DNA from: a bacterium
GTDB taxonomy: Bacteria > Electryoneota > Electryoneia > Electryoneales > Electryoneaceae
NCBI GenBank assembly: GCA_020444425.1
Contig: JAHLLB010000016.1
Location: 21,240 to 85,239 of the forward strand
Direction of reading: 5' to 3'
DNA: 64,000 nucleotides
A model generated the notes under the pieces. That model searched no databases. It saw nothing but the letters and a program-made list of their open reading frames with translations, and was not told the DNA's origin. The position numbers and the translations under genes were made by a program. Below, one piece after another: positions 1-9,802 of the stretch. Position 1 is the stretch's first letter. Each line of letters begins with the position of its first letter.

Positions 1-495
1 CTCACCGCCTCAGCGACAGCAATTCCGCTGGAAGAGGCTGCCTGCGACCTGCTGTTTTCGATCCGTTGCATCCAGAACATCCAGTCTGCTGATGGGCAAG
101 CGGACGCATTTGCGGAAGCATCGCGGCTGCTGAAACCGGGCGGACTTGCGGTGCTCGTCGAAAATCGGGAAGAGGAATTAGGCCGGCTGAATCGTCTGCG
201 TGAAGCAGCGGATCTTGATCCAATTGGTCAACCCAGGCACACTCGTTTCCTCGTCTGGTCAGAACTCAGCGAACAGGTTTCGCGGGATTTCGAGGTTGTG
301 GAAACGAACTTTTTCGCGTCGGCTTACTACTTCGGCACTCGCTTTGCCAAGTGGCTGAATCCGGCGGAAGAAGCGACGGAGTTGAACAGTCCGCACAATC
401 TGTTTTATCGGGAGATGATTCAGGGATCGTTCCGGCTGGCGCTCGGGCCCGCATTGATCGTGCTTCGCAAACGGGCAAACAAGGGTGTGCGATGA
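1..495 (+). CDS. class I SAM-dependent methyltransferase, C-terminal part (5' end lies left of the window)
   Basis: The open frame runs from position 1 and reads ...LKPGGLAVLVEN..., a typical Methyltransf_11 C-terminus. Stop TGA at 493-495. Confidence 0.55.
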   Translation, partial: LTASATAIPLEEAACDLLFSIRCIQNIQSADGQADAFAEASRLLKPGGLAVLVENREEELGRLNRLREAADLDPIGQPRHTRFLVWSELSEQVSRDFEVVETNFFASAYYFGTRFAKWLNPAEEATELNSPHNLFYREMIQGSFRLALGPALIVLRKRANKGVR

Positions 496-1169
496 AAGAC
501 GTTGACTTCTTTCCCAGTTCCAGCCGTGGGGCGGAGGAGCGGCGAACACTCGCGGAAGCGATCCTGCGCGGGTCAGCGGTGAGCGCAAGCTACCTCGATT
601 TCGGCTATGACTACTTCGACAACCCGGCGCACGGTGTCGGTTACGGCAGCTACCGCTATGATGGCCGCTACGCCGAAGTCGCGCAGCGGATGGTGGATCA
701 CTACGGGCTGAAGCCGGGCGACCGTGTGCTGGAAATCGGTTGTGCGAAGGGATTCCTGCTGGTGGAGTTCCTCAAGTTGGATCTGGAGGTTGCGGGGTTC
801 GATGTCAGCGACTACGCCGTTTCGAATTCGCACCCGCAGGTGCGGCCGTACATCCGGAACGCTCCGGCGGTGGCCATGCCGTTCCCGGACGGCCATTTCC
901 AACTGGTGATTGGCAAGGAAGTGTTGCCGCATGTGCCGCGCGCCGACCTCGAGCGCACGGTGAAAGAATGCGTTCGAGTCAGCAGCGGCAACCTGTTCTT
1001 CGAGATCCAGTGCGGCACGACGGAGCGTGAACTGCGCTACATGCAGGCGTGGGACAGGACCCACCAGGTGTGCGAGACGCCACAGTGGTGGGATGAGATG
1101 TTCGCGCGGGTGGGGTACCCGGGTGATGTCCATTACAAGGTGTTGATTCCGGAAGGAGAAGCGGTATGA
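492..1169 (+). CDS. SAM-dependent methyltransferase
   Basis: ATG at 492 overlaps the upstream stop (ATGA coupling). Motif I-like VLEIGCAKGFLLVEF. The longer ORF from 351 overlaps the upstream gene, so I took it as an N-terminal over-extension. Confidence 0.6.
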   Translation: MKDVDFFPSSSRGAEERRTLAEAILRGSAVSASYLDFGYDYFDNPAHGVGYGSYRYDGRYAEVAQRMVDHYGLKPGDRVLEIGCAKGFLLVEFLKLDLEVAGFDVSDYAVSNSHPQVRPYIRNAPAVAMPFPDGHFQLVIGKEVLPHVPRADLERTVKECVRVSSGNLFFEIQCGTTERELRYMQAWDRTHQVCETPQWWDEMFARVGYPGDVHYKVLIPEGEAV

Positions 1170-2164
1170 TCGGTCGCACGGTATACGTCACGGGCGGCGG
1201 AGGGTATGTCGGCAGCGCGCTGGTGCCGGCGTTGCTGGACGCGGGCTACGCGGTCAAGGTGCTCGACCTGTTCATTTACGGGCGGGAGGTGCTGGACGCG
1301 GTCAAGGATCACCCGAAACTGGAATTGATCGAGGGCGACATTCGTGACGCGGACCTGATCCGCCGCACCATCTCCGGCAGTGACGCGGTGATCCATCTCG
1401 CTTGTATTTCCAACGATCCGTCATTTGAACTCGATCCGGAGCTGGGCAAGTCGATCAACCTCGACGCAATGGAACCGCTGGTACTCGCGGCGAAGGAGGC
1501 TGGCGTGAAACGGTTCATCTACGCGTCGTCGTCCAGCGTCTACGGCATCAAGGACGATCCGGACGTTACCGAAGATCTGCCGCTTGAACCGTTGACCGAC
1601 TACAGCCGGTTCAAGGTGATGGGCGAGGAAATCCTGTTCAGGCATGACAGCGAGGAGTTTGTTACCGCGGCGATCCGTCCGGCGACGGTCTGCGGGTACG
1701 CCCCGCGTCAACGACTGGACGTGATCGTCAACATCCTGACGAACCATGCAGTCAACAACCGTCGCATCCGTGTCTTCGGCGGCGATCAATTGCGGCCGAA
1801 CATCCACATCCGGGATATGGTTGATGTGTACCTGCTGATGCTGGAAGCGCCGGCGGAGAAGATCCGTCAGCAGGCGTTCAACGCCGGGTATCACAACCAC
1901 AGCGTGCGCGCGTTGGCGGAGATGGTTCGGGATGCTGTCGGTCCCGATGGGATCGAGCTGGATGTTGAGCCGACGGATGACAACCGCTCGTATCACGTAT
2001 CGTCGCAGAAATTGAAGGACACGCTTGGTTTCTCCGCGCAGCACAGCATCGAGGAGGCGGTGCGGGATCTGGTGCAAGCGTTCGAGGCAGGCAAGTTGCC
2101 CGATTCGATGACAGACACCCGCTACTTCAACGTGAAGCGGATGAACGAACTGGCGCTGGTGTAA
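1166..2164 (+). CDS. NAD-dependent epimerase/dehydratase (SDR family)
   Basis: N-terminal VYVTGGGGYVGSALV Rossmann motif. 332 aa. ATGA overlap with the upstream gene. Confidence 0.8.
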   Translation: MIGRTVYVTGGGGYVGSALVPALLDAGYAVKVLDLFIYGREVLDAVKDHPKLELIEGDIRDADLIRRTISGSDAVIHLACISNDPSFELDPELGKSINLDAMEPLVLAAKEAGVKRFIYASSSSVYGIKDDPDVTEDLPLEPLTDYSRFKVMGEEILFRHDSEEFVTAAIRPATVCGYAPRQRLDVIVNILTNHAVNNRRIRVFGGDQLRPNIHIRDMVDVYLLMLEAPAEKIRQQAFNAGYHNHSVRALAEMVRDAVGPDGIELDVEPTDDNRSYHVSSQKLKDTLGFSAQHSIEEAVRDLVQAFEAGKLPDSMTDTRYFNVKRMNELALV

Positions 2165-2168
2165 AACG

Positions 2169-4106
2169 ATGAATCCAGCCACACAAAACACGGTGCATGT
2201 GATCCTTTGCAGCGGCCATTCCGGCAGCCGTCTGCTGGTGCGTCTGCTCGCAGAGAATGGCGTCTACATGGGCGCGCGCCGTGGCGGCGTCGGCGAAGAC
2301 AACCAGGACTTCGGTGAGTTGCTGTGGTCGGAACAGTTCCGCCGTCAGGTGGTCGCGCACTGGAAGTATCCCGGTGATTCGCGTCTGCTCGAACCCATCC
2401 ATGCGGGCTTGCTCAGGGCCCATCGCAAGTTCATGAGCGGCTTGGCGGATGTGAAAACGCCGGCGGTCGCGGTCGGTACCAAGAACGCAACGCAGTTCCC
2501 GTATGTCGCAGGGCTGTACCGGGATGCGTTGGCGGCGCAGGGTGTGCGGGTGAAGTTCATTCACCTGACCCGTGATCCGCGGATGTGGATGTTGTCCGGG
2601 CGGGATCCTGACAGCCGGGGAGTGGTACGTCCTGCCCGGCACCCGCGTTTTTCGCTGCTGGATGATCCGTTCAACCGCTATGTCTGGACGCGATCGTTCG
2701 CGGGTGAGTTGGAGACTCCGCTGGGGGAGATCAGGTTGTCCGATTACGCCGTTTACAGCGAAGAACGGCAGATCGCGCTGGAGGCGAGGTTCTGGGCGAC
2801 GACCAACAGCATCGCGGCCGAGCTGGGATCGGAAGCTGACGGGTACCTGCACCTGCGGTATGAAGATTTGATCCTCGATCCGGCGGCGGTGTTCGCACAG
2901 TTGAGTGAGTTCATGGGCGTTTCCCTGACGCACGAACCCGCTGGTGGGACACGGATCAGGACCGACCGGGTGCAGCGTGATCCGGTCATGGCGGTTGGTG
3001 AAGGCACGGCACGGTTGATCGCTGCGACCTGCAGCGAGTTAATGGACCGATTCGGGTATGCACGGAGCGGAAAGAGGAGAGCGTCCGGCCCGAACGGCGT
3101 GGCTGAAGAAACGGCCAACGGTAGCGCTGGCGGTCAATCTGTTGCGTTATCCACCGGCCCGGCGATTCATACGCAACACGGGTGCGGTTTGCGGCCGGTG
3201 TTCGTCGTCGGGTGCATGCGCTCGGGCACGACGATCCTCGGCAAGGTGCTGGACTCGCATCCCGGCCTGAAGCAGATCGGCTGGGAGATGAACGACGAAT
3301 GGTCCACACTTGGCTGTGCGCCGAGCGGGCTGGTCTGCGAGAGTCGTCATGCGGGTGAAGCGACCGAGCAGGCGCGTGTCGCGATGGACGGTTTTTTCCG
3401 GTCGAAACTGGCGAAAGCGGGGCCGGGAGTGCGCCCGGTGAACAAGTCGCCGCACCTGGGCAACAAGCTGGACTATGTGCGTGCGCTGTTCCCGGATGCT
3501 CAATTCATCCACATCGTGCGCGACCCGTTTTCACACACGAACAGCATGAAGTCGCATTTCGAGCGGATCACGTATCAGCAGCGTCAGAGTGTCGCATACT
3601 GGCCGGATAACGGGGAAAAGCCATGCTGGCAGCAGTTCACGGTGCAGCAGGCAGCCGAACGCGATTTGCCGTTGGATCGGATCTATCCCGGTGAGGGATT
3701 CGCGCGAATCCCGGAAGCGTGGACGGTGATTAACGGGTACATCGCGGCGGAACTGGGATCATGGCCAGCGGATGCCGCAACGGTGATACACTACAACCGG
3801 TTGGTCACTGATCCGGCGGGTGAAGCGGCTCGGCTGTTCGCGTTTCTCGGACTGGACACTGGTCCGGCGGAAGCGGTGCCGGCGTTGATGGGCGGATCGG
3901 ATGGGCTGGTGAATTCGCAGACACGGAATCCGTTGGAAGAATGGCAAAAAACGTTGTCGAGCGAGTTGGTCGATGAGATCCACCGTCAGCTGCATCGGCA
4001 TGTGAGCGAGCTGGCGGGGATTGAGCGCTGGTTGCGAAAATCGTACGGGGACGAATCGCTCAGCGTGTTGCCTGTGCGAAACGAGGTGCTGGCCGATGAG
4101 CGTTGA
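2169..4106 (+). CDS. tandem two-domain sulfotransferase
   Basis: 645 aa with two PAPS-binding 5'-PSB-like motifs: ILCSGHSGSRLL near the N-terminus and VGCMRSGTTILGKVL at about residue 345. Each is followed by a RDP region. Confidence 0.7.
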   Translation: MNPATQNTVHVILCSGHSGSRLLVRLLAENGVYMGARRGGVGEDNQDFGELLWSEQFRRQVVAHWKYPGDSRLLEPIHAGLLRAHRKFMSGLADVKTPAVAVGTKNATQFPYVAGLYRDALAAQGVRVKFIHLTRDPRMWMLSGRDPDSRGVVRPARHPRFSLLDDPFNRYVWTRSFAGELETPLGEIRLSDYAVYSEERQIALEARFWATTNSIAAELGSEADGYLHLRYEDLILDPAAVFAQLSEFMGVSLTHEPAGGTRIRTDRVQRDPVMAVGEGTARLIAATCSELMDRFGYARSGKRRASGPNGVAEETANGSAGGQSVALSTGPAIHTQHGCGLRPVFVVGCMRSGTTILGKVLDSHPGLKQIGWEMNDEWSTLGCAPSGLVCESRHAGEATEQARVAMDGFFRSKLAKAGPGVRPVNKSPHLGNKLDYVRALFPDAQFIHIVRDPFSHTNSMKSHFERITYQQRQSVAYWPDNGEKPCWQQFTVQQAAERDLPLDRIYPGEGFARIPEAWTVINGYIAAELGSWPADAATVIHYNRLVTDPAGEAARLFAFLGLDTGPAEAVPALMGGSDGLVNSQTRNPLEEWQKTLSSELVDEIHRQLHRHVSELAGIERWLRKSYGDESLSVLPVRNEVLADER

Positions 4107-5223
4107 CGCGGTGGAAACGATGATCAGCGTGCCGTATGTCGATCTCGGAGCGGACCCGTCCAGCGAGTTGGCCCGGGAGCTGCTTGCGTCAGTGCAGGAA
4201 ATCCTCACCTCGGGCCAGTTCATCCTCGGGGCGGCGGTGGATGAATTTGAGCGTCAATTTGCCGAAGTGTGCGGGGTGAAACACGCCATTGGGGTGGGCA
4301 ACGGCACCGAGGCGATCATCCTCACGCTGCGCGGATTGGGCATCGGCGCGGGGGACGAAGTGATTACGGCGGCGAACTCGTTCCTGGCGTCAGCGTCCGC
4401 AATCGTCATGGCCGGCGCGACCCCGGTATTTGCGGATGTGCGGGACGATCTGAACCTCGATCCGGCGGCGGTCGAAGCCGTGATCACCGAACGCACCAAA
4501 GCGATCCTGCCGGTGCATTTGACCGGACGCCCAGCGGAGATGGGGGCGTTGCTGGAGATCGCGGAGCGGCATGGTTTGCGGGTGATTGAAGACGCCGCGC
4601 AGGCGGTAGGGGCGGCATCTAACGGGCTGCCTGTGGGATCGTTCGGAGCGGCGGGTTGTTTCAGCCTGCATCCGTTGAAGAACCTCGCGGCGGCGGGAGA
4701 CGGAGGCGTGATCACAACCAACGATGACCGGTTGGCAGACTGGCTGCGTCAGGCGCGCAATCACGGGCTGCGAGATCGCAACACCTGTGATTTCTGGAGC
4801 GTGAACAGCCGTCTCGACGCTCTTCAGGCGGCGATGTTGACGGTCAAGCTGCGGTGTCTGGACAAATGGACCGTGGCTCGCCGGGCGAACGCGGCGTACT
4901 ATCGCGAGCGGTTGGCGGATGTGGTGACGGTGCCCATTGAGAAGCCCGAAGAATACAGCGTCTACCACACGTTCGTGATTCAGGCGGAGCGTCGGGATGA
5001 GCTGCAGCGTTTCCTGGCCGAACGCAGGATTGGCAGCGCGGTGCACTATCCGATCCCGATCCACCTGCAACCGGCGGCGATGGATCTCGGCTACCGGCTG
5101 GGATCGTTGCCGGTAACGGAACGGCTGGCGGGGCAGATCCTGAGCCTTCCAGTCCATCCGAAGTTGAACGAAGAGCAGCTGGCACATGTGGTGCGCGCGA
5201 TTCGGGACTTTTACGGGGCGTAA
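4096..5223 (+). CDS. DegT/DnrJ/EryC1/StrS-family PLP-dependent sugar aminotransferase
   Basis: Typical family sequence ([36 protein letters not shown]). Start chosen at ATG 4096 (MSVDAVE...), overlapping the upstream stop. Confidence 0.8.
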   Translation: MSVDAVETMISVPYVDLGADPSSELARELLASVQEILTSGQFILGAAVDEFERQFAEVCGVKHAIGVGNGTEAIILTLRGLGIGAGDEVITAANSFLASASAIVMAGATPVFADVRDDLNLDPAAVEAVITERTKAILPVHLTGRPAEMGALLEIAERHGLRVIEDAAQAVGAASNGLPVGSFGAAGCFSLHPLKNLAAAGDGGVITTNDDRLADWLRQARNHGLRDRNTCDFWSVNSRLDALQAAMLTVKLRCLDKWTVARRANAAYYRERLADVVTVPIEKPEEYSVYHTFVIQAERRDELQRFLAERRIGSAVHYPIPIHLQPAAMDLGYRLGSLPVTERLAGQILSLPVHPKLNEEQLAHVVRAIRDFYGA

Positions 5224-5239
5224 ACGGAAGACGGACGCC

Positions 5240-6253
5240 ATGAGCAGCAAGCATTGCATCGTAACAGGCGGAGCGGGATTTATCGGCAGCCACGTGGTTG
5301 ACCGTCTGCTCGCGGACGGCCACACGGTTACCGCGATCGACAATTTTTCCACCGGCAACCCGCGCAATGTCGCACACCTGAAGGACAACAAGTCGTTCAC
5401 GCTGGTGCAGGCGGACATCGCCGCCACGCCGAACCTCGCAGACATTTTCGACGGCGCAGACTGGGTGATTCACCTCGCCGCGTTGGCGGATATCGTGCCG
5501 TCGATCCAGAAGCCGCGGGAATACTATCGCTCTAATGTTGACGGCACGTTCGAGGTGCTGGAAGCGTCGCGTGCGGCGGGTGTGAAACGGATGGTGTATG
5601 CGGCGTCCTCGTCGTGCTACGGCATCCCTGACGTCACCCCGACACCGGAAACCGCGGAAATCCGCACGGAATACCCGTACGCCCTGACCAAGCACCTTGG
5701 TGAAAAGCTGGTGCTGCACTGGGCGCAGGTGTACAAGCTGCCCGCAGTGTCCTTGCGCTTCTTCAACGTGTACGGCCCGCGTGCCCGGACAACCGGGACA
5801 TATGGCGCGGTGTTCGGCGTCTTCCTCGCGCAGAAGCTGGCGGGGAAACCGTTCACGGTGGTCGGGGATGGCACCCAGACGCGTGATTTCACGTACGTCA
5901 CCGACATCGCGGACGCCGTCGTGTGTGCGGCGGAGTCGGAAATCAGCGGCGAGATCATGAATGTCGGCAGCGGTGGAACCTACAGCATCAACCGGCTGGT
6001 CGAACTGCTCGGCGGACCGGTCACGTATATCCCGAAACGCCCCGGTGAACCGGACAGCACGTTCGCGGACACGTCCAAGATCGAACGTCTGCTGGGGTGG
6101 AAGGCACGTGTCAGTTTTGAAACGGGGGTCAAACGGATGCTCGAGCACATTCACGACTGGGAAGAGGCGCCGGTGTGGACACCGGATTCGATTTCGGTCG
6201 CGACGAAGGAGTGGTTCGAGTACCTCAGTCCCCGGGAGGAAGTCCATGAGTGA
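5240..6253 (+). CDS. NAD-dependent epimerase/dehydratase (UDP-sugar 4,6-dehydratase/decarboxylase-like)
   Basis: [17 protein letters not shown] Rossmann motif and a YxxxK-type SDR core (YALTKHLGE). Start at ATG 5240. Confidence 0.8.
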   Translation: MSSKHCIVTGGAGFIGSHVVDRLLADGHTVTAIDNFSTGNPRNVAHLKDNKSFTLVQADIAATPNLADIFDGADWVIHLAALADIVPSIQKPREYYRSNVDGTFEVLEASRAAGVKRMVYAASSSCYGIPDVTPTPETAEIRTEYPYALTKHLGEKLVLHWAQVYKLPAVSLRFFNVYGPRARTTGTYGAVFGVFLAQKLAGKPFTVVGDGTQTRDFTYVTDIADAVVCAAESEISGEIMNVGSGGTYSINRLVELLGGPVTYIPKRPGEPDSTFADTSKIERLLGWKARVSFETGVKRMLEHIHDWEEAPVWTPDSISVATKEWFEYLSPREEVHE

Positions 6254-7820
6254 TTCGACCTTGTTGCGGAACGGACAGAACGGCACGTCCACTGCGCCAC
6301 CGTTTGAGAAACTGGTTCCGCTGGAAACATTGCCGGACAAGTTGCGCGCGCATCGTGAGCGTGGCGAGACGATTGTCCAGTGTCACGGTGTCTTCGACCT
6401 GTTGCACCCGGGCCACGTTCGTCACTTCAAGGCGGCGAAACAGGAAGGCGAGGTGCTGGTGGTGACGTTGACGCCGGACCGGTTTGTCAACAAGGGACCG
6501 GGCCGTCCGGTGTTCAACGAACTGCTGCGTGCCGAGTTTATCGCGTCGCTGGAGTCGGTGGACTATGTCGCGATCAATCACTGGCCGACGGCGGTCGAGG
6601 TGATCGGTGAGGTTCGGCCGGATGTGTATGTCAAGGGCAGCGACTACGCCGACGACAAGGACGATCTCACCGGAAAGATCGTGGATGAGCGCGAGGCGGT
6701 CGAAGCGCACGGTGGCCGGGTGCATTTCACGCAGGACATCACCTTCAGCTCGACCAGATTGCTGAACAACCACTTTAACGTTTTCAGCGAGGAAGCTGAA
6801 GTTTTCCTTGAAGGTTTCCGCAGACGCTGGAGCGCGGACGATATCATCGGGATGCTCGACAGCCTGCACGACATGAAGGTGCTGGTGATCGGCGACATCA
6901 TCATCGACGAGTACCATTTTTGCCAAGCGATGGGGATGGCGTCCAAATCGACCACGATCAACGCGAAGTACCTGGACGGTGAACGTCACGCTGGCGGAGT
7001 GCTGGCTGTGGCGAATCATGTCGCGGGATTCTGCGACACCGTGCATCTGGTCAGCCTGGTTGGCGACGAAGATGATCAGGTCGAGTTCATCGAATCGAAG
7101 TTGAACCCGAAGATCAGCTCGCGGTTCTTCAGCCGTCCGGACGGGCCGACCACCCGCAAGGTCCGGTATCTGCACAAGTACCAGTACCAGAAGATGTTCG
7201 AGCTGACGTACATCGAAGACGGGCCGCTTCCACAACAGGTTGAAGAAAACTTAAACCAATATGTGCAGGAAATTGCGAGTGATTATGATCTCGTGCTGGT
7301 CACCGATTTCGGGCATGGGATGATCGGACCGTCCACGGTGGCAGCACTGGCAGAGACCGCGCCGTTCATTGCGTTGAACACCCAGGTCAACAGCGCTAAC
7401 CGAGGGTTCAACGCCCTGACCAAGTATCCGCGTGCGGACTATGTCTGCATCGACCAGGAGGAGATTCGGCACACGTATCATGACCGGTTCGGCCCGTTGC
7501 AGGACTTGATCCAGAAGGCGGTGGACGATCTGTCGGCGTCGTTTGTCACGGTCACGCGTGGGCATCGTGGGTCAACGACCTACCGTCGCGGCAACGGGAT
7601 GCATCACACGCCGGTATTTTCCGAACAGGCGGTTGACACGATCGGCGCGGGGGACGCATTCCTCTCGATCACGTCGCCGCTGGCGGCGCGTGGTTATCCG
7701 GCAGAGGTGATCAGTTTTGTCGGCAATGCGGTGGGTGCGTTGGCGATCCAGGTGCTGGGCAACCGTTCGAGCGTGCAGCCGGTGGAGTTGAAGAAGTACA
7801 TCACGACGTTGTTGAAATAA
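6246..7820 (+). CDS. bifunctional sugar-phosphate nucleotidyltransferase (N-terminal) / PfkB-family sugar kinase (C-terminal), HldE-like with reversed domain order
   Basis: N-terminal cytidylyltransferase-like HxGH motif (HGVFDLLHPGHVRHF). C-terminal ribokinase/PfkB signature (DTIGAGDAFLS). The ORF-track extension from 5961 overlaps the upstream epimerase; the real start is ATG 6246 (MSDSTLL). Confidence 0.7.
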   Translation: MSDSTLLRNGQNGTSTAPPFEKLVPLETLPDKLRAHRERGETIVQCHGVFDLLHPGHVRHFKAAKQEGEVLVVTLTPDRFVNKGPGRPVFNELLRAEFIASLESVDYVAINHWPTAVEVIGEVRPDVYVKGSDYADDKDDLTGKIVDEREAVEAHGGRVHFTQDITFSSTRLLNNHFNVFSEEAEVFLEGFRRRWSADDIIGMLDSLHDMKVLVIGDIIIDEYHFCQAMGMASKSTTINAKYLDGERHAGGVLAVANHVAGFCDTVHLVSLVGDEDDQVEFIESKLNPKISSRFFSRPDGPTTRKVRYLHKYQYQKMFELTYIEDGPLPQQVEENLNQYVQEIASDYDLVLVTDFGHGMIGPSTVAALAETAPFIALNTQVNSANRGFNALTKYPRADYVCIDQEEIRHTYHDRFGPLQDLIQKAVDDLSASFVTVTRGHRGSTTYRRGNGMHHTPVFSEQAVDTIGAGDAFLSITSPLAARGYPAEVISFVGNAVGALAIQVLGNRSSVQPVELKKYITTLLK

Positions 7821-7831
7821 TGTGTGCAGAC

Positions 7832-8692
7832 TTAACGCGGGAAAGACACTCCAATACCGGCACCGGGGTACCAGTGGTCCTCGGGGATTTCGCGCAGAAA
7901 CAGAAAGTTGCGTCCTGTTTCCCGGGAGAATTGCAGCAGACTCGCGGATGCGTGCGCATTGTCCCCCAGGATGATGGCTCGGGCTGAGAGAGTGGCCTTG
8001 ACTGTCTGATACTCGCGGTACTCGTACTCATGAGAGTGGTCGCTGTCGTTGATGAACACGTCGATCGGCTGGTCGAACTGCTTCAGTGACTCAATGGAAT
8101 CGCCGTACAGAATTTCGCCGGCTGAAGCGTACTTGCCGGTGAACAAGTAGCCCGCCTTCGGATTGATATCCGTGCCAAAGTAGCGTCCTTCGTACCCTTC
8201 TTCCTTGTTTCGCAACAACGCTGATGCGAGCAGCACCGCGCCCAATCCCTTGTCGATCCCGGTTTCCACGACCACACGTGGTTTCAGCAGGCGTACCACC
8301 GCATACCAACCGAGCCGTCGGCCGAAATCGCATCGTTCGTCTGTTTTGTGGGCGAAGGGGCTGTTGCGGCTGATCGTGATCACATGCTGGTGTATGTCTT
8401 CATCGGCCAGGGGTTCTTCGAGGAACTTGAGTACATGGTCAGGATTGCGATTCAGGGCAACAGCAAGACCGTGCGCGATCTGAAGACGGCTGTATTCAGT
8501 CAGTGGGTAGGTGAAGTTGGTCGTTTCCCGCGATGTGAACTCAAAATTCACAAGACGGTGGATGCGTGGTAGAATGTGAACCCGGAACAGCCGGCTGAAG
8601 CGCGGGGAGAAAGTGGCGGTGTCCTTTTCATCGAACAGGGTTTCGAGATGATTCACGAACTCGCGGGTGTTGCGAGATTGTTCGGGAGTCAT
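7832..8692 (-). CDS. class I SAM-dependent (O-)methyltransferase, TylF/MycF-like
   Basis: 286 aa. VVETGIDKGLG methyltransferase motif I and a GDNAH region. Convergent with the upstream cluster. Confidence 0.55.
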   Translation of the reverse strand: MTPEQSRNTREFVNHLETLFDEKDTATFSPRFSRLFRVHILPRIHRLVNFEFTSRETTNFTYPLTEYSRLQIAHGLAVALNRNPDHVLKFLEEPLADEDIHQHVITISRNSPFAHKTDERCDFGRRLGWYAVVRLLKPRVVVETGIDKGLGAVLLASALLRNKEEGYEGRYFGTDINPKAGYLFTGKYASAGEILYGDSIESLKQFDQPIDVFINDSDHSHEYEYREYQTVKATLSARAIILGDNAHASASLLQFSRETGRNFLFLREIPEDHWYPGAGIGVSFPR

Positions 8693-9639
8693 TGGTTTTC
8701 TCCCAGCAGCTCGGCCAGTTCGCCGGGCAACGGTGGTTGATTGGACAGGATGTCGGCGCTATCCAGCCGCGGGGTGGCGTTGTCGTCGTAGATCTGATCA
8801 AAGGAAAACAGCTGCAGCAGCCGGATCGAATTGGCGACGATGTCGGTCGGCAATTTCTTGCGCCACTTTTCCAGCCGGGCCTCGACGGTGCGAGCCGGGT
8901 CAACCTTGCCGGAGGTGTGGGATGGTATGTCGATGCCGTCGAGGATGTGTTCGTCGAACGGCTGGTCGAGAAAGGTGAACAGCCGCCGCAATTCCTCTTC
9001 CGGGTGCAGCGCGAGGTGTTCGTAGAAGAGGACGTGTATATCCAGCTCGCGGATCTGTTTCAACGCAACGAAGTTTTCCACGCACCACAGCAGCAGTGCG
9101 CTCTCGTAGGCGTGCATTTCCTCGCGTTCAAGCAACGGCAGGATCGGCTCGAGGAAGTCCTCGTTCAGCTCAGGTTGACCGAGCAGCAGGTCAACTCCCC
9201 GTTTCCAGTTCATCTCCATCCGTGATACGGTCACCGCGATCGGATGACGCAGGGTGAGGATGATTTTCACGTCTGGAAACTGCTTGCGCATCCAAGCCAG
9301 TGTCATGTTTGCGCGGATTTCCTTGACGACCCGTTTGTTCGACTGCGGCGCGTCGTTGAACCGGTTGACCCACTCGTTATCGACGGAACCGTAGAGGAAA
9401 TTATCAGCGACCGTGCGGTGTTCCGGATAGTTGCCGTCCGCGCGGAGGTATTGCCGCCAGCCGAACGGTTCGATCCCCTTGACCTGATGGTGGTTCAGCG
9501 GTTCGAAGTAATAGCTGAAATCGTGGCGGTGGTTAAGCAGGTTCGCCAGCCATGTTGTGCCGCTGCGGCCGGATCCGGCGAGGAAGATGACGTTGTCGGG
9601 ACGGGCGATTTCGGGCATGTGGGTTCCGTTCGTGGGCAT
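8689..9639 (-). CDS. sulfotransferase
   Basis: IFLAGSGRSGTTWLANLLN is a clear 5'-PSB PAPS-binding motif. A 3'-PB-like RHP region follows. Overlaps the downstream methyltransferase by 4 bp. Confidence 0.75.
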   Translation of the reverse strand: MPTNGTHMPEIARPDNVIFLAGSGRSGTTWLANLLNHRHDFSYYFEPLNHHQVKGIEPFGWRQYLRADGNYPEHRTVADNFLYGSVDNEWVNRFNDAPQSNKRVVKEIRANMTLAWMRKQFPDVKIILTLRHPIAVTVSRMEMNWKRGVDLLLGQPELNEDFLEPILPLLEREEMHAYESALLLWCVENFVALKQIRELDIHVLFYEHLALHPEEELRRLFTFLDQPFDEHILDGIDIPSHTSGKVDPARTVEARLEKWRKKLPTDIVANSIRLLQLFSFDQIYDDNATPRLDSADILSNQPPLPGELAELLGENQ

Positions 9640-9802
9640 TCAGAATCGGTCTTCGGGGAATATGTTCCAGCGGGCATGTGGATGCAAGGTTGCGGCGTCG
9701 TGCATCTGGCCCACGGTTGCGCGAGTCCGCTGAATGGGTGGTAGAGAAGTCCGTACCCGTGTGGCTGAACGGACTTCAGGCGAAATGTAGATGCTGCCGA
9801 TC

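Noticed and set aside
5961-6245. N-terminal 95-aa extension of the HldE-like ORF in the ORF track
   Set aside because: It overlaps the preceding epimerase gene almost entirely in another frame and is Arg/Ser-rich low-complexity sequence. The start is ATG 6246.
4390-6340. Long minus-strand ORFs (351 aa and 498 aa) antisense to the aminotransferase and epimerase genes
   Set aside because: Typical stop-codon-poor antisense frames of high-GC DNA. They are Arg/Pro/Gly-rich with no motifs and sit fully inside well-supported plus-strand genes.
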